Origin: Polyangiaceae bacterium
GTDB taxonomy: Bacteria; Myxococcota_A; Polyangia; Polyangiales; Polyangiaceae
DNA length: 64,000 nucleotides
Reading direction: 5' to 3'
Assembly: GCA_044376115.1 (NCBI GenBank)
Contig: JBILLK010000018.1
Span: 151,338-215,337 of the forward strand
Made by a program: the position numbers and the translations under genes. Under the pieces are notes generated by a model. The model made no database searches. It was not told the DNA's origin and was given only the letters and a program-made list of their open reading frames with translations. Every line of letters starts with the position of its first letter. The stretch's first letter is position 1. Positions 28,969-39,591 of this stretch are shown here, piece after piece.

Positions 28969-31428
28969 CTAGGCAGCGAGCCAGCGGTCGATGGTCGAGA
29001 GGTCGAACTCGCGCAGCGTCTCATCGACCACGCGTTGCAACTCTCGCTTGGCGTTCTCGGCGTCGCCACCAGCGCGCACCGTGCGGTCGACGTCCTTCGC
29101 GGCGAGCGCTAGTCGCGAGAAACCGAGCGAGCCGGAGCTGCCCGCAAGCTGATGGGCGCGCTTGCCCAACGCCGGACCAACGAGCTCGGGTAGCGCGGCT
29201 TGAAGCTCAATCAGCCCTTCGCGAAAGTGGCAGAGCAAGCCGCGAGTTTCGACCTGGCCCATCGAGTCGATGAGCTCGTGCAATAGCTCGGCGTCCAGCT
29301 CGAGCTTGGGCGTGACTACCGCGGGCGCTTGTTGCGAAGGCGTAGCGAGCGGCGGGATCGTCCTGCGACAACCCCATTTCTCGACGCGCGCGAGCAGGCT
29401 GGTTCGTTCGATCGGTTTGGTCAGGTAGTCGTCCATACCAGCGCCCAAGCAGGCCTCGCGATCGTCAGCGGTGGCATTGGCGGTAAGGCCAATGATGGGT
29501 ACGCGACCGCGTTCATCACCGAGCATACGAATCGCGCGGGTGGCATCCAAGCCGTCCATCTCCGGCATCTGCATATCCATCAACACGACGTCGTACGGAA
29601 GCGCTCGCACAGCCGATATGGCCTCTACGCCGTTGCTGGCCACGTCCACCCGATGCCCCGCTTTGGTTAGATAACCAAGCGCGACCTTTTGGTTGATCGA
29701 GTTGTCCTCCACTACGAGCACCCGGCATCTGCGCGTGTCCTCGGGCGCGGCGATGGTGATGGGCGTCGGCGCAGGCTCAGCGGGCCGCAAGGAGACCCGC
29801 TTAACCGCCAAGGCGCGAACCAACGCGGAAGGCCGCACCGGCTTGACGAAGACCTCATCGAAGTAACCGCCGGTGTCGTCGGCGAGGCCGGAGGTCGCGA
29901 GCAATAGCCGGGTATGAAGCAGGTTGGGCGTCGCTCGAATGATCGCGCCCAGCTCCACGCCAGACATCCCCGGCATGTGATGGTCCACGATGGCGACGTC
30001 GAACGGTCGCTTGAGCACAGCCGACTTGATCAGCTCGGCGAGCGCGCCGTCCGCCGAGGGCGTGGACGTTACCTCGACCCCCCAGGGAATGAGCTGACGT
30101 TCGAAGATCTCTCGATTGACCGGGTTATCATCGACGATCAGACAACGGAGACCAGCCACCGCATGTTCCGTTGGGCTGCTCTCACTGGAGGCTTTGAACG
30201 GCAGCTTGAACCAGAAGCGGCTGCCTTTGCCTTTTACGCTGGAGAGGCCGATCGAGCCGCCCATCAAAAGCGCCAAACGCCGGCAAATGGCGAGCCCCAA
30301 GCCGGTGCCGCCGAACTTGCGCGTGGTCGAAGCGTCGGCTTGAACGAACTCCCCGAACAACGAAGGGACTACCGACTCTTCAATGCCAATTCCGGTGTCC
30401 ACCACCGAGAACTCGAGTTCGAGCTCACCGCCGTTATCGTGAGGCTGAATCTCCACGACGACGCTGCCGGTCTCGGTGAACTTCACGGCATTTCCGACGA
30501 GGTTCATCACGATTTGACGCAGTCGCCCCGCATCCCCTCGGACCTCGTTGGGCACGCCGCGGCCCATCACGACGCCGATCTCAATGCCCTTGGCTAGGGC
30601 TCTCGGCGCCAACAGCTCGACCACGCTCTCAATCACGCTGGCCGGCGCAAAGTCATACTCCTCGAGCGTCATTCGCCCAGCCTCGATCTTCGAGAAGTCG
30701 AGGATGTCGTTTAATATCGATAATAGCGCCTCGCCCGAATCGCGGATGGCCTCGGCGTAAGCCCGCTCTTGCGGCTCGAGTTTACCGTCCAATAACAAGC
30801 CCACCATCCCGAGCACGCCGTTCATCGGCGTACGGATCTCGTGGCTCATCGTCGCGAGGAAGTCGCTCTTGGAGCGGCTGGCCGCCTCGGCCTTTTCCAT
30901 CGCATCGCGAAGCTGGTGCTCATTGCGCTTTCGCTCCGAGACGTCGCGCACGATCGCGATCTTGTAGCAGCGGCGGTCGGCGAAGCAGGCCTCGCTGATG
31001 GCGACCTCGACGTCAACGGGAGGCTGATCGGGGCGCTTCGCCTGGGCCTCCCCCGATTGTGTCGGGGCTATGCCGCCTTCCCAAATCTCGGCGTAAGACT
31101 GCCCGATCGATTGGCCGGGGATACGGCCAAACAAGGTGTCGGCGGCGGCGTTGAAGGCGTCAATGCGCTGGTCGCCATCGACGATCACCACGCCATCGCT
31201 GACGGCGTCGAGGATGGCCCGCACTCGGGCCTCCGATTCACTGAGGATCTTCGCGTTGAGCTGCTCGACCTCTTCGGTCAGTAGGCTATTGGTGCGTTCT
31301 TGCCGGCGCCGCTCTTGATCGAACTCTTCGTAGGTGGCGCTGACCAGCTCGAGCAGCGGCGTTAGCTCCGCCGCTAGATTGGCGTTGGTTCGGCGTACTT
31401 GGCGCTCCAGCAGCCGGTGCAGCGTCAC
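28969..31428 (-). CDS. Hybrid sensor histidine kinase (PAS-HisKA-HATPase-REC-REC-Hpt)
   Basis: FLATMSHEIRTPMNG, NLVGNAVKFT, GGTGLGLAI, two receiver domains and an AHQLAGSS Hpt motif; GTG start coupled to the FIST gene. Confidence 0.92.
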   Translation of the reverse strand: MTLHRLLERQVRRTNANLAAELTPLLELVSATYEEFDQERRRQERTNSLLTEEVEQLNAKILSESEARVRAILDAVSDGVVIVDGDQRIDAFNAAADTLFGRIPGQSIGQSYAEIWEGGIAPTQSGEAQAKRPDQPPVDVEVAISEACFADRRCYKIAIVRDVSERKRNEHQLRDAMEKAEAASRSKSDFLATMSHEIRTPMNGVLGMVGLLLDGKLEPQERAYAEAIRDSGEALLSILNDILDFSKIEAGRMTLEEYDFAPASVIESVVELLAPRALAKGIEIGVVMGRGVPNEVRGDAGRLRQIVMNLVGNAVKFTETGSVVVEIQPHDNGGELELEFSVVDTGIGIEESVVPSLFGEFVQADASTTRKFGGTGLGLAICRRLALLMGGSIGLSSVKGKGSRFWFKLPFKASSESSPTEHAVAGLRCLIVDDNPVNREIFERQLIPWGVEVTSTPSADGALAELIKSAVLKRPFDVAIVDHHMPGMSGVELGAIIRATPNLLHTRLLLATSGLADDTGGYFDEVFVKPVRPSALVRALAVKRVSLRPAEPAPTPITIAAPEDTRRCRVLVVEDNSINQKVALGYLTKAGHRVDVASNGVEAISAVRALPYDVVLMDMQMPEMDGLDATRAIRMLGDERGRVPIIGLTANATADDREACLGAGMDDYLTKPIERTSLLARVEKWGCRRTIPPLATPSQQAPAVVTPKLELDAELLHELIDSMGQVETRGLLCHFREGLIELQAALPELVGPALGKRAHQLAGSSGSLGFSRLALAAKDVDRTVRAGGDAENAKRELQRVVDETLREFDLSTIDRWLAA

Positions 31429-32549
31429 GCTGCGAGCTCCGCGAAGGTCGTGATGGTCATGGTCTGATTGTGAAGGTCGGCAAAACCGCCAGCGCACGGG
31501 GCAATCTCGCCATAGCTGTAAAAGCCGACGGTCGGGAACTTGGTGCCGAGCACGTTCGCCGCTGCGTCCACCTCATCGCAGGTGCGCTGCCCCATCAGCA
31601 GCTTTCGGCCAATGCAACTTACCAGCACCGCAAAGCCGCTATCGGCCTCGATCTGCGCCGACTCTGCTGCGCTGGCTGCGCCGTCCACCAATTGGCTGAG
31701 CGAGGCGCGCATCAGCTGAGCCACGGCGCCCTCCGGCATATCCCCGGCAAACGTCATGGCATTGGTCGCCGCGTCAATCCCGAGGATCGTGCGGACCAGC
31801 GGCTCGCCGGGCTGGTCTTTGCGTCGAATGATGAGCGGATAGAGCAGCGCGCTGGCCGGCAGCTTCGACGCTTCTTCGCCCAGGTAATGCTTATAGAGAT
31901 CGAGCGCTGGCTGACCATCGAGCTCATAAAGCACATTGCCCTCGGCGCGCGTCACCCGCCGCTCTGGACCAAAAGGAACCCAACCGCCAGCGCTGCCATG
32001 GCCGACTTGCAGCGCCGCACCGTACAGGCCGACCGCGCCGATCACGCCGCTGGCAGGCTCGCCCGCGAGCCCCGTGCGCGTCGAACCAAAGCGCGCGCCG
32101 TCCCCGGCGAGTCCGCCCGATACCACGACCTGATCACCGACCGCCTTGCGCAGCCCGCGGACGAGCTCGGTGCCGTTGACGCGGGTCCCATCGGAGAGCA
32201 CGAACACAGCCCGAAGATCCGCTGCGCCGAGCTGCGCGCCGATCGCCTCTCCAGCGCCAAACGACTCGCCGACATCGGCGATCTCGCGCTCGGCGCCGCG
32301 CACCGAGACCGAGTCGAACTTGACCGCCATCACCGACACGGTCCCGTCTTGTACGTCGTCCGCGACGATCTCCCCGCCGGTCGTACAACCCAATAGCAGC
32401 GCCTTGGGGTAACGCCGACGCAGCTCCTCGTGACGCACCGTCTCCATGGCCTCCGGTGCTGCGAAGTAGAGCACCCAGTCGGCTTCAACAAGCCCGCCCT
32501 CGGCCGACCAACCACGCTCTTTCGTCCAACAACAACGTTCAGTCTTCAT
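31425..32549 (-). CDS. FIST-domain (NosP-like) sensor protein
   Basis: GCTTGGEI, SGGLAGDG, LYELDGQPAL, LVSCIGRK, GFYSYGEI, LHNQT. Confidence 0.9.
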   Translation of the reverse strand: MKTERCCWTKERGWSAEGGLVEADWVLYFAAPEAMETVRHEELRRRYPKALLLGCTTGGEIVADDVQDGTVSVMAVKFDSVSVRGAEREIADVGESFGAGEAIGAQLGAADLRAVFVLSDGTRVNGTELVRGLRKAVGDQVVVSGGLAGDGARFGSTRTGLAGEPASGVIGAVGLYGAALQVGHGSAGGWVPFGPERRVTRAEGNVLYELDGQPALDLYKHYLGEEASKLPASALLYPLIIRRKDQPGEPLVRTILGIDAATNAMTFAGDMPEGAVAQLMRASLSQLVDGAASAAESAQIEADSGFAVLVSCIGRKLLMGQRTCDEVDAAANVLGTKFPTVGFYSYGEIAPCAGGFADLHNQTMTITTFAELAA

Positions 32550-32568
32550 GGTTCATCGTTCCTTCGCT

Positions 32569-33555
32569 TCAGCCCGCGCGACGCGCAGATTGGTCTACAG
32601 CCGCCGGCACAATCGCCGCTGCCACGCCGGCCGCCGCAAACTGCGTCACCCGGTCTCGGCCTTCACGCTTCGCCGCGTACAAGGCTTGGTCGGCCGCCTC
32701 GGTCAGCGCTTGTCCGAGGCTCCCCAACGCGACTTGCGCCATCCCCGATCCAATGGCGCCAATATCACTTAAGTCGGCGACGCCAAAACTGGCGGTTACC
32801 ACCACAGCGTCACCCTTCGGCAAGAACGCAAGACTGCGCAGCCCTTGGCGGATGCGGTTAGCGACGTCAACGGCGCTGGAGGTCGAGGCGTTCGGCAGAA
32901 TCAAAGCGATCTCCTCGCCGCCGTAACGGCAAGCGGCATCGCCTGTCCGCACGCTACGCGCGATGAGCGCGCCGACCGAACGCAGTACGAGGTCGCCAAA
33001 GGCGTGCCCAAAGCGGTCATTGAGCGACTTGAAGTGATCGAGGTCAACGATGACCAACGATAGATTGCGGTTCTCGCGCAAGGCCCGCGCCGTATTGGCC
33101 GCGAGCAGCCGGTCGAACTCACGGCGATTGAAGAGACCGGTCAAAGCATCGACGCGAGCCTGCTCATCGAGATCTTCGATCGCGAGCTTGGTTCGAATCG
33201 CAGAGCGTACGCGGGCTCGCAGCTCCGCCGGGTGAAACGGCTTCGTAATGTAGTCGCTCGCACCGAGATCGAAGCCGTGCACTTTTACGTTCACGTCGTC
33301 GTGCGCCGTTAAGAAGATCACCGGAATCGCGCTGGTTCGCGGATCCGACTTCAAGCGACGACAGACATCGAGCCCGCTTTGATCCGGCATATCCACATCG
33401 AGCAGGACCAGATCGGGCTGCTCCGTAACCGCTTGCTCCAACCCGAATTGCCAGTCCGGCGAGGTGAGCACGCGGTAGCCCTCGGGCTTGAGTCTTGCTG
33501 CGACCACAGCCAAGAGCTCAGGGCTGTCGTCGATTACAAGTACGGTTCCGCTCAT
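32569..33555 (-). CDS. Response regulator diguanylate cyclase (REC-GGDEF)
   Basis: N-terminal receiver domain; DALTGLFNRR, DLDHFKSLNDRFGH, RTGD I-site and RYGGEEI. Confidence 0.92.
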   Translation of the reverse strand: MSGTVLVIDDSPELLAVVAARLKPEGYRVLTSPDWQFGLEQAVTEQPDLVLLDVDMPDQSGLDVCRRLKSDPRTSAIPVIFLTAHDDVNVKVHGFDLGASDYITKPFHPAELRARVRSAIRTKLAIEDLDEQARVDALTGLFNRREFDRLLAANTARALRENRNLSLVIVDLDHFKSLNDRFGHAFGDLVLRSVGALIARSVRTGDAACRYGGEEIALILPNASTSSAVDVANRIRQGLRSLAFLPKGDAVVVTASFGVADLSDIGAIGSGMAQVALGSLGQALTEAADQALYAAKREGRDRVTQFAAAGVAAAIVPAAVDQSARRAG

Positions 33556-33631
33556 CCGTAAACCAACGGATCACGGCCCCGGGACTAAAGCTGAACGCAA
33601 GGGTCCGCGCGACGCCGCGCGCAATACCCAA

Positions 33632-34975
33632 CTAAAAATCTAGCGCAATCGCGGCCGTACCGTTCTCGCCGCTCAAAGCCTTACCGGCCTGCTCAGCGTT
33701 CGGTGGCGTAACCTGCAGCCCATTGAGCGACGGTTCCCCACCCGTGTAGGCAATCACGACAGCATGCCCACCGGCGCCTTCAGCGCCGTCCCCACCGCGC
33801 CCGCCGACACCACCCATTCCCCCCGAACAAGCACTGCCAAACCCTGCACTGGGCGTTCCAGGCGTGCCAGGGGAGCCCCCCTCCCCACCACGTCCAGCAT
33901 CGCCCCCAAGCCCGACAACGGCCGTTGAGTCTTGAAACTTAAGCGAGCTTCCGAGCGAGACGACAACCATGCTCGACCCGCCCGAACCGCCGGGCTCACC
34001 GGCTTCTCCAGCGCAGCCACCTGCGCCACCGCCACCACCGCCCGCGCCCTGCAGGCCGCCGCCTCCGCCTCCTCCGCCGGCCGAAGCGCCGTTGGTTCCC
34101 TTGGAGCCTTGCGGCGGCAGATAGCCTTGTTCGTCAATGCTGCCGCCGGCGGCTGCGGGAGCTGCGGCCGCACCGTCTTCACCGGCTTGACCTGCAAGCC
34201 CCGCGGTACAGCCTGCTGCACCACCGTTTTGCTGCGATGACGGCTGGCCACTCGAGCCCTTGGCGATCGCGCCGGTGCCCGCATTACCGCCCTTTCCTCC
34301 TGCGCCACCGCAGCTCGATAGTCCGCCGGTTCCGCCCGCCGTGGAGCTAGCTGGCGCGCCGTCTTCACCGTTCTCACCGACCGCGCCTGCCGCGCCATCA
34401 CTGCCGGCGGCAGCGTTCCCCGCGAGCAGATCGCAGCGGACGAACTCGACTTGCGAGCCCTCCTGCGCAATCACGGCGATGCTCGAGCCAGAAGGTTCAA
34501 TCGCGCTGCGCGCCGCTACGCGAAAGCCTTCGATCCGCAGCGCCGCGGCCGAGGCGATCTCGAGCGGTACACTTCCCGCGGGCGCTGTTAACTCGGTGCG
34601 AGCGGATTCGTCGTAGGCCCAGGTTCCGCAGCTGAGCCCGCCGTAGATCGTCGCTTCACCCGCAATCACCACCGCCTCATCGAGCTGCTCGCCGCAGACG
34701 TAGACCGTCTGGCCACTCGCCAAAGCCGCATTGAGGCTGCCAAACGGGGCTTGCGGTGTGCCGTCCCCCGTCCCCCCGGCCGCCACGAAGACGCCGCAAT
34801 CGGGCCCAGGATAGGCGCCGTTCTCCGGCTCGCAGCTCTCCACGGTTGGCGTTTCAGCTCCGCCAGCCCCGCCTTCACCATCGGCAAGTTGGAACGGCAG
34901 CCCGCGGCAGCCCCAAAGCACAAGAGACAGAAGCCACGTCCACAGCGCGGGGTTCGACCATTGCTTGTGTTGCAT
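33632..34975 (-). CDS. Gly-rich PGRS-like lipoprotein
   Basis: LVLWGC lipobox, GVFVAA..GDGT..APF motif and long Gly-rich tracts. Confidence 0.75.
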   Translation of the reverse strand: MQHKQWSNPALWTWLLSLVLWGCRGLPFQLADGEGGAGGAETPTVESCEPENGAYPGPDCGVFVAAGGTGDGTPQAPFGSLNAALASGQTVYVCGEQLDEAVVIAGEATIYGGLSCGTWAYDESARTELTAPAGSVPLEIASAAALRIEGFRVAARSAIEPSGSSIAVIAQEGSQVEFVRCDLLAGNAAAGSDGAAGAVGENGEDGAPASSTAGGTGGLSSCGGAGGKGGNAGTGAIAKGSSGQPSSQQNGGAAGCTAGLAGQAGEDGAAAAPAAAGGSIDEQGYLPPQGSKGTNGASAGGGGGGGGLQGAGGGGGGAGGCAGEAGEPGGSGGSSMVVVSLGSSLKFQDSTAVVGLGGDAGRGGEGGSPGTPGTPSAGFGSACSGGMGGVGGRGGDGAEGAGGHAVVIAYTGGEPSLNGLQVTPPNAEQAGKALSGENGTAAIALDF

Positions 34976-35058
34976 CCCCCCTACATTCCTCGTGGCCTCC
35001 AGCAGCGCTCACAAAAGCGACAATGCCACCGCGTGCGCGATCGCGTTATCGTCGCGCC

Positions 35059-35931
35059 ATGAGCCAAAATACCGAGACCCTCGCGATGTTGGGCACTGGC
35101 ATGATCGGAGGCAACATGGCGTTGCGCTGGCTCGATCAGGGGCACCGCGTCCAGGTCTGGAACCGCTCGCCGGCAAAGTTGGCGGCCCTCATCGAGAAGG
35201 GCGCGCACGCCTTCGACTCGCCGAAAGCAGCGGCGGCCGGCGCGAGCCGCGTTCACCTCGCGGTCTCTGACGACAATGCGGTCGATGAGGTTTTGGCCGA
35301 CCTATGCGCAGCGAAGGCGTCGCTCGCAAACAACGTCCTGATCGTCGACCACACCACAACCGCTCCCGCCGGGACCAAAGCGCGGGCGGCGAAGCTGCTC
35401 GAACAGGAGCTCGCCTTCGTCCATGCACCTGTGTTCATGTCGCCGGCCATGTGTCTTAGCGGGGCCGGCCTTATGCTATTGGCCGGCCCGGCGCCGCTGC
35501 GCGAGCGCGTCACGCCGGCACTTCGAACCATGACGGGGGAAGTGATTGACCTCGGGGATCGCGAAGATGCAGCAGCCGCCTACAAGCTCTTCGGTAACGC
35601 GATGATCATCGCGTTGAGCGCGGGTCTGAGTGACGTCTTTGCCATCGCGCGCGCCAATCAATTTGATCCTATGGAGGCGCTCGGGCTGTTCAGTAAATTC
35701 AGCCCGACGGTGAACAATCCACGCAGCCAACGCATGGCCAAAGGAGACTTTACGCCTCCGAGCTTTACCCTGGCGATGGCACGCAAAGACGTGCGTTTGA
35801 TGCTCGCCTCCGCCGGAGAAGCTACCCTGGCCGTGCTGCCCGCCATTGCAGAGCGGATGGACGATTTGATCAACCAAGGCTACAGCGAGGCGGACCTTGG
35901 CGTCCTCGCCATCGGTGACTCATGCAAGTAA
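35059..35931 (+). CDS. NAD(P)-dependent oxidoreductase, 3-hydroxyisobutyrate/6-phosphogluconate dehydrogenase family
   Basis: LGTGMIGGNMA, VWNRS, YKLFGN, MARKDVRL; start reassigned to ATG 35059. Confidence 0.88.
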   Translation: MSQNTETLAMLGTGMIGGNMALRWLDQGHRVQVWNRSPAKLAALIEKGAHAFDSPKAAAAGASRVHLAVSDDNAVDEVLADLCAAKASLANNVLIVDHTTTAPAGTKARAAKLLEQELAFVHAPVFMSPAMCLSGAGLMLLAGPAPLRERVTPALRTMTGEVIDLGDREDAAAAYKLFGNAMIIALSAGLSDVFAIARANQFDPMEALGLFSKFSPTVNNPRSQRMAKGDFTPPSFTLAMARKDVRLMLASAGEATLAVLPAIAERMDDLINQGYSEADLGVLAIGDSCK

Positions 35932-36737
35932 ATCCCTATCTCGCTCCGGCTCAGCCAGTGGCTGGGTACTACGCCGCGCCCCCTCGGCTTTTTACTGCCA
36001 ATACCATCGCGCTCGCCGCCTTCCTCGGTAGCGCGTTGGGCGGCGCTCTGCTTTACGCCTTCAACCTCCGCCGGATCGGAGCAGGCGCTCAGGTGCCTAT
36101 CGCGCTCGGGTTGGGCGTGCTGACGACGGCAGCGATCTTCGCCATCGCCTTTGCCCTTCCGGATTCGGCGACCGGCCTGATGAGCGGGGTCAACATCGGG
36201 ATGGTGTTTGGGGTTCGGGCCCTCGCCCAACGCCGCTTCGAACCGGTGCTTAACGAGGCGCAAGCGCACGGCGTCAAACCGCATAGCGGCTGGTGGGCAG
36301 CCCTCGTCTCGGTTGTGGTGCTCATCCCGTTAGCGGTCATCGCCTTTGGCGGCGCCATGGCCCTGCAGAAAACGGTGGCCTTCGGTGAGGAGCAGGAGAT
36401 CATGTACGAAGGGGACGCCACCGAGGCAGAGGCTCGCAAGGTCGGTGAAGACCTGACGAAGCAAGAGTTCTTCGGGTCGAAGAACCCCGGCCCCAAGACC
36501 GTCACGCTAGCCAAGGACAAGAAGGGGTTCACCTTGGGCTTCTTCGTCCAAGAGGGCTCTTGGAAGGATGAGACGGTTACGAAAGCGTTTACCTGCATTG
36601 GCGGGCGCGTTCGGCAGCGCGCCCTCAACAACGCGCATTTGACCGTTACCTTGCTCGACAGCTGGGGGACGGTGAAAAAGGAGCTACCAACGCCAGCTGC
36701 AGCGGACGTGGACAAAGCCTGCGAAGGGTATCGCTAG
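35922..36737 (+). CDS. Membrane protein, unknown function
   Basis: Several hydrophobic helices followed by a soluble C-terminal domain. Confidence 0.7.
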   Translation: MQVNPYLAPAQPVAGYYAAPPRLFTANTIALAAFLGSALGGALLYAFNLRRIGAGAQVPIALGLGVLTTAAIFAIAFALPDSATGLMSGVNIGMVFGVRALAQRRFEPVLNEAQAHGVKPHSGWWAALVSVVVLIPLAVIAFGGAMALQKTVAFGEEQEIMYEGDATEAEARKVGEDLTKQEFFGSKNPGPKTVTLAKDKKGFTLGFFVQEGSWKDETVTKAFTCIGGRVRQRALNNAHLTVTLLDSWGTVKKELPTPAAADVDKACEGYR

Positions 36738-38518
36738 AGAGAAAGCTGCCTCACGCTGACCTGCGGCGCGAGCTCCATCGGCGTTGAGTTGCTGTTGCAA
36801 TCGAGCAGCATGTACCCGTGTGAGCCCGTCGCCGTCACCAAAGAGCCATCGCTACGGAAGGCCAACGCTGTCGTTTTGGCATAAGCATTGAGCAACGATT
36901 GCGGCTCAATCGAAGGCTCAAAACCGTCCTGGCGGAACCAATCGAGGCTGCCAGTTCCTTCATTCAACATGGCAACGAAGGCTTTGCCGCGCCCTGGCGT
37001 TACGCTTGAGGTACAGCTCGTGTAAGGCGGGATTCCACCGTCGACTCCGAGCTTACCTCCGACAAATACGCGGTCCCCATCGACCACGAGCGTCTCCACC
37101 TCACCGCGCCCTTGCACCGACTGAATGCGTTGGAACCAGAGAGCCGGGCTCTGATTGGTATATTCGGCTCGTAGGAAGGCCATGACAAAGCCGTCGCCGT
37201 CGGGGTGCCCCGTGGGGATATTGTCCAGACCAACGTCGGGCGTACCGCTGTAGGTCCCCGCGACGAGGATTGTATCGTCCGTTACCGCAACCTCGGTAAC
37301 GCTCATTGGGTTTTCATTGGAGCCGAAGACACGGGTAACTTCCGTCGAGAGATTTTCGGGTAGCTGCGTCAAGAAGCTCTTGTCTGCCGCCGTATCACCC
37401 TGAGCACAGCCAGTCCCCGCAGCCCAAATGCCGCCTGTTTCATCCACGGCGATCGAGGAACGCAGGCCCGCTAGCGTATTGAAGTGGTTGACCTCACACG
37501 GGCCACGCGACAGTTCACGTAAGGACGCGCTGCCAGCACCCCGGGAGGTGACGACATAAAAATGGGGCCAGGCTTGGCTGAAGGGAACCACTGTAAAGGG
37601 GTTTTCTTGCGCGACGCCAATTGCAGCTACCTTCCCGTCCGTGGTGTTCGGGAAGGCAGCAACGTCGGAGAGGTAGCCTTCATCATTGGAGGCAGGGCCG
37701 TTGCTCGTGAGGCTTAAACGCGGGTTTCCCATAGCGGCATCAAACCAAGCGATAAATGGGGAGAACGTGGCCCCCGTGGTCGCTGGGGCTTGCAACAGAT
37801 TGGGGTTGTCGCAATCGCTGTTCGCTTGCGTCGTGAAGAAGGAGACAAAGCTCGCCTCCATGGCGCCAGCCACGACCAGGCTTGGTGTATTGCCCCCTGC
37901 ATCATCTGCGACCACCGCGGCGCTGAAGAAGAAGACCTCATCTCCGCCGGGGACGGCGGGCATCCCCTTTACCGCGTTATCCAAGCAGGGCCTGCCAATC
38001 AAGTTGTGTGCCCCATTCTCTTCCAGAAGAAAGCCCGCGCCGGGCCCGGCCTGAATGTTAGTGGAATTGCCGGTTACGAATTGACCATTAAACACGTAGT
38101 CCACGTAGTGACCCACGAACCAAAGCTTGCCAGACGGGGTCTCAACGATGTCTCGAATCTCGACGTTCGAGCTCTCCCCCAGTGGTGCCCCCAGCGCAGA
38201 GACAGAGGTTTTGATGGTAAAAAGATCGGTAATCGCGCTCGGGCACGTACTCCCAGGTGGGCTGATGCAGTTGTTGCAAGGCAGGCACTCCACCGTGCCG
38301 CCACCGCCGCCTTGGGCGTTGCCAGCCATACCGCCATCGCCACCGTTACCAGCCGTACCACCGTTGCCAGCCGTACCACCGTTGCCAGCCGTACCACCGT
38401 TGCCAGCCGTACCACCGTTGCCAGCCGTACCACCGTTGCCGGTGACATCAGGAAAGTCGGTAAAGAAGGAACAGGCGGAGAGGAAGAATGCGCAATAACG
38501 AAGGGAAGAATTTCTCAT
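36734..38518 (-). CDS. Lipoprotein with GNGGTA repeats and beta-rich domain
   Basis: FFLSAC lipobox and GNGGTA x5; coupled to the upstream TPR gene. Confidence 0.75.
   Translation of the reverse strand: MRNSSLRYCAFFLSACSFFTDFPDVTGNGGTAGNGGTAGNGGTAGNGGTAGNGGTAGNGGDGGMAGNAQGGGGGTVECLPCNNCISPPGSTCPSAITDLFTIKTSVSALGAPLGESSNVEIRDIVETPSGKLWFVGHYVDYVFNGQFVTGNSTNIQAGPGAGFLLEENGAHNLIGRPCLDNAVKGMPAVPGGDEVFFFSAAVVADDAGGNTPSLVVAGAMEASFVSFFTTQANSDCDNPNLLQAPATTGATFSPFIAWFDAAMGNPRLSLTSNGPASNDEGYLSDVAAFPNTTDGKVAAIGVAQENPFTVVPFSQAWPHFYVVTSRGAGSASLRELSRGPCEVNHFNTLAGLRSSIAVDETGGIWAAGTGCAQGDTAADKSFLTQLPENLSTEVTRVFGSNENPMSVTEVAVTDDTILVAGTYSGTPDVGLDNIPTGHPDGDGFVMAFLRAEYTNQSPALWFQRIQSVQGRGEVETLVVDGDRVFVGGKLGVDGGIPPYTSCTSSVTPGRGKAFVAMLNEGTGSLDWFRQDGFEPSIEPQSLLNAYAKTTALAFRSDGSLVTATGSHGYMLLDCNSNSTPMELAPQVSVRQLSL
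38340..38441 (-). repeat. 18-bp coding tandem repeat (GNGGTA)
   Basis: GCCGTACCACCGTTGCCA repeated about 5 times. Confidence 0.85.
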
Positions 38519-39570
38519 TGGAACACACCGAACATCATGAGCCCTGCGCCGGCTTTATCCCCATACGGCAGAAACCCAACGCCAGGTTTCGCCGTATCCG
38601 CGGACTCAGCGTTATCCGACCCACCAAGAATAAGCATTAAAACGCCAGCGCCAGCCGCAGCCGCGCCCACAAACGTGGTGACCGTACTAACGAGGGCGAG
38701 CGTAGAACCGCTATCCGACAGGTCCTTGGCTTCTGCAGTAACGCCGGGCGGGCAGTTGAGCGAATCCCCCACTTCGACGCAATTGAGCGCGTCGAGGTCA
38801 TCGCGCTTACCGAGCGCTACGACGCCCAAACCAATCGAGGCTCCGAGGGTAGCAACACCAACACCGCCGAGGATCAAACCGCCTATTTGAATGCCACTCA
38901 AGGACGACCCCTGCGAGGCAGGTGGCAAATCGATCGGGCGCGGCTCCTCAGGCTTCGGCTTAACGCCGGTATCGGGGATGGGGCCCTCGCCCGGGCCGGT
39001 CTGCGGCTGCGGTAGCAACGTAAACTCAACCACCTCGCGTTGAGCTTCGGCCAGGGTCAATTCGCGCGTCTGTTCGATGTAGCCCGGAGCTCCGACGACG
39101 ATCACGTGTTTGCCCGGATCGATCGGCAGGTCCACGCCGATCACCATCGGCTGCTGATCGCGGAGGGCTACAGCGCCGGCCGGCGCATTGGCGATGCGCA
39201 CCGTGAGGTAAGGGAGCCGTGGTTCGAGCCGCTCAATCGAGGCTTGGATGAAGGACTCGATCTGCTTGCGTTGGGTCTCGCTCTTGGTATCCGCGTTGAG
39301 TGAGCGCGCGTCCTTCAGCCGCGACCAAGCGAGCGCCAGCTTCCCCTCATGCTCCGAGCACGAGGCGAGGTTGAGCTGCGTACCCGGCGCTGGGTCGAGC
39401 TTGAAGCTGTCAGCAAACTTGGCGCACGCGCCCACCCAATCGTCCTTGGCGAGCAGCTTGGCCCCATCGTCGTAGAGCTTCTCAGCTCCGGCCGAATCGC
39501 GCGCCTGCCCTAGAACTACCCCCGGCGAAAGCACCCCAAGCGCTAACGCCACCAACCCTCGTCGCAACAT
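38515..39570 (-). CDS. TPR/PEGA-like exported protein
   Basis: Signal peptide, ACAKFADSFKLDPAPGTQLNLASC TPR-like segment, IDPGKHVIVVGAPG and a C-terminal hydrophobic region. Confidence 0.8.
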   Translation of the reverse strand: MLRRGLVALALGVLSPGVVLGQARDSAGAEKLYDDGAKLLAKDDWVGACAKFADSFKLDPAPGTQLNLASCSEHEGKLALAWSRLKDARSLNADTKSETQRKQIESFIQASIERLEPRLPYLTVRIANAPAGAVALRDQQPMVIGVDLPIDPGKHVIVVGAPGYIEQTRELTLAEAQREVVEFTLLPQPQTGPGEGPIPDTGVKPKPEEPRPIDLPPASQGSSLSGIQIGGLILGGVGVATLGASIGLGVVALGKRDDLDALNCVEVGDSLNCPPGVTAEAKDLSDSGSTLALVSTVTTFVGAAAAGAGVLMLILGGSDNAESADTAKPGVGFLPYGDKAGAGLMMFGVFQ

Positions 39571-39591
39571 AAGGCGGCCAGTGTACTCGAG

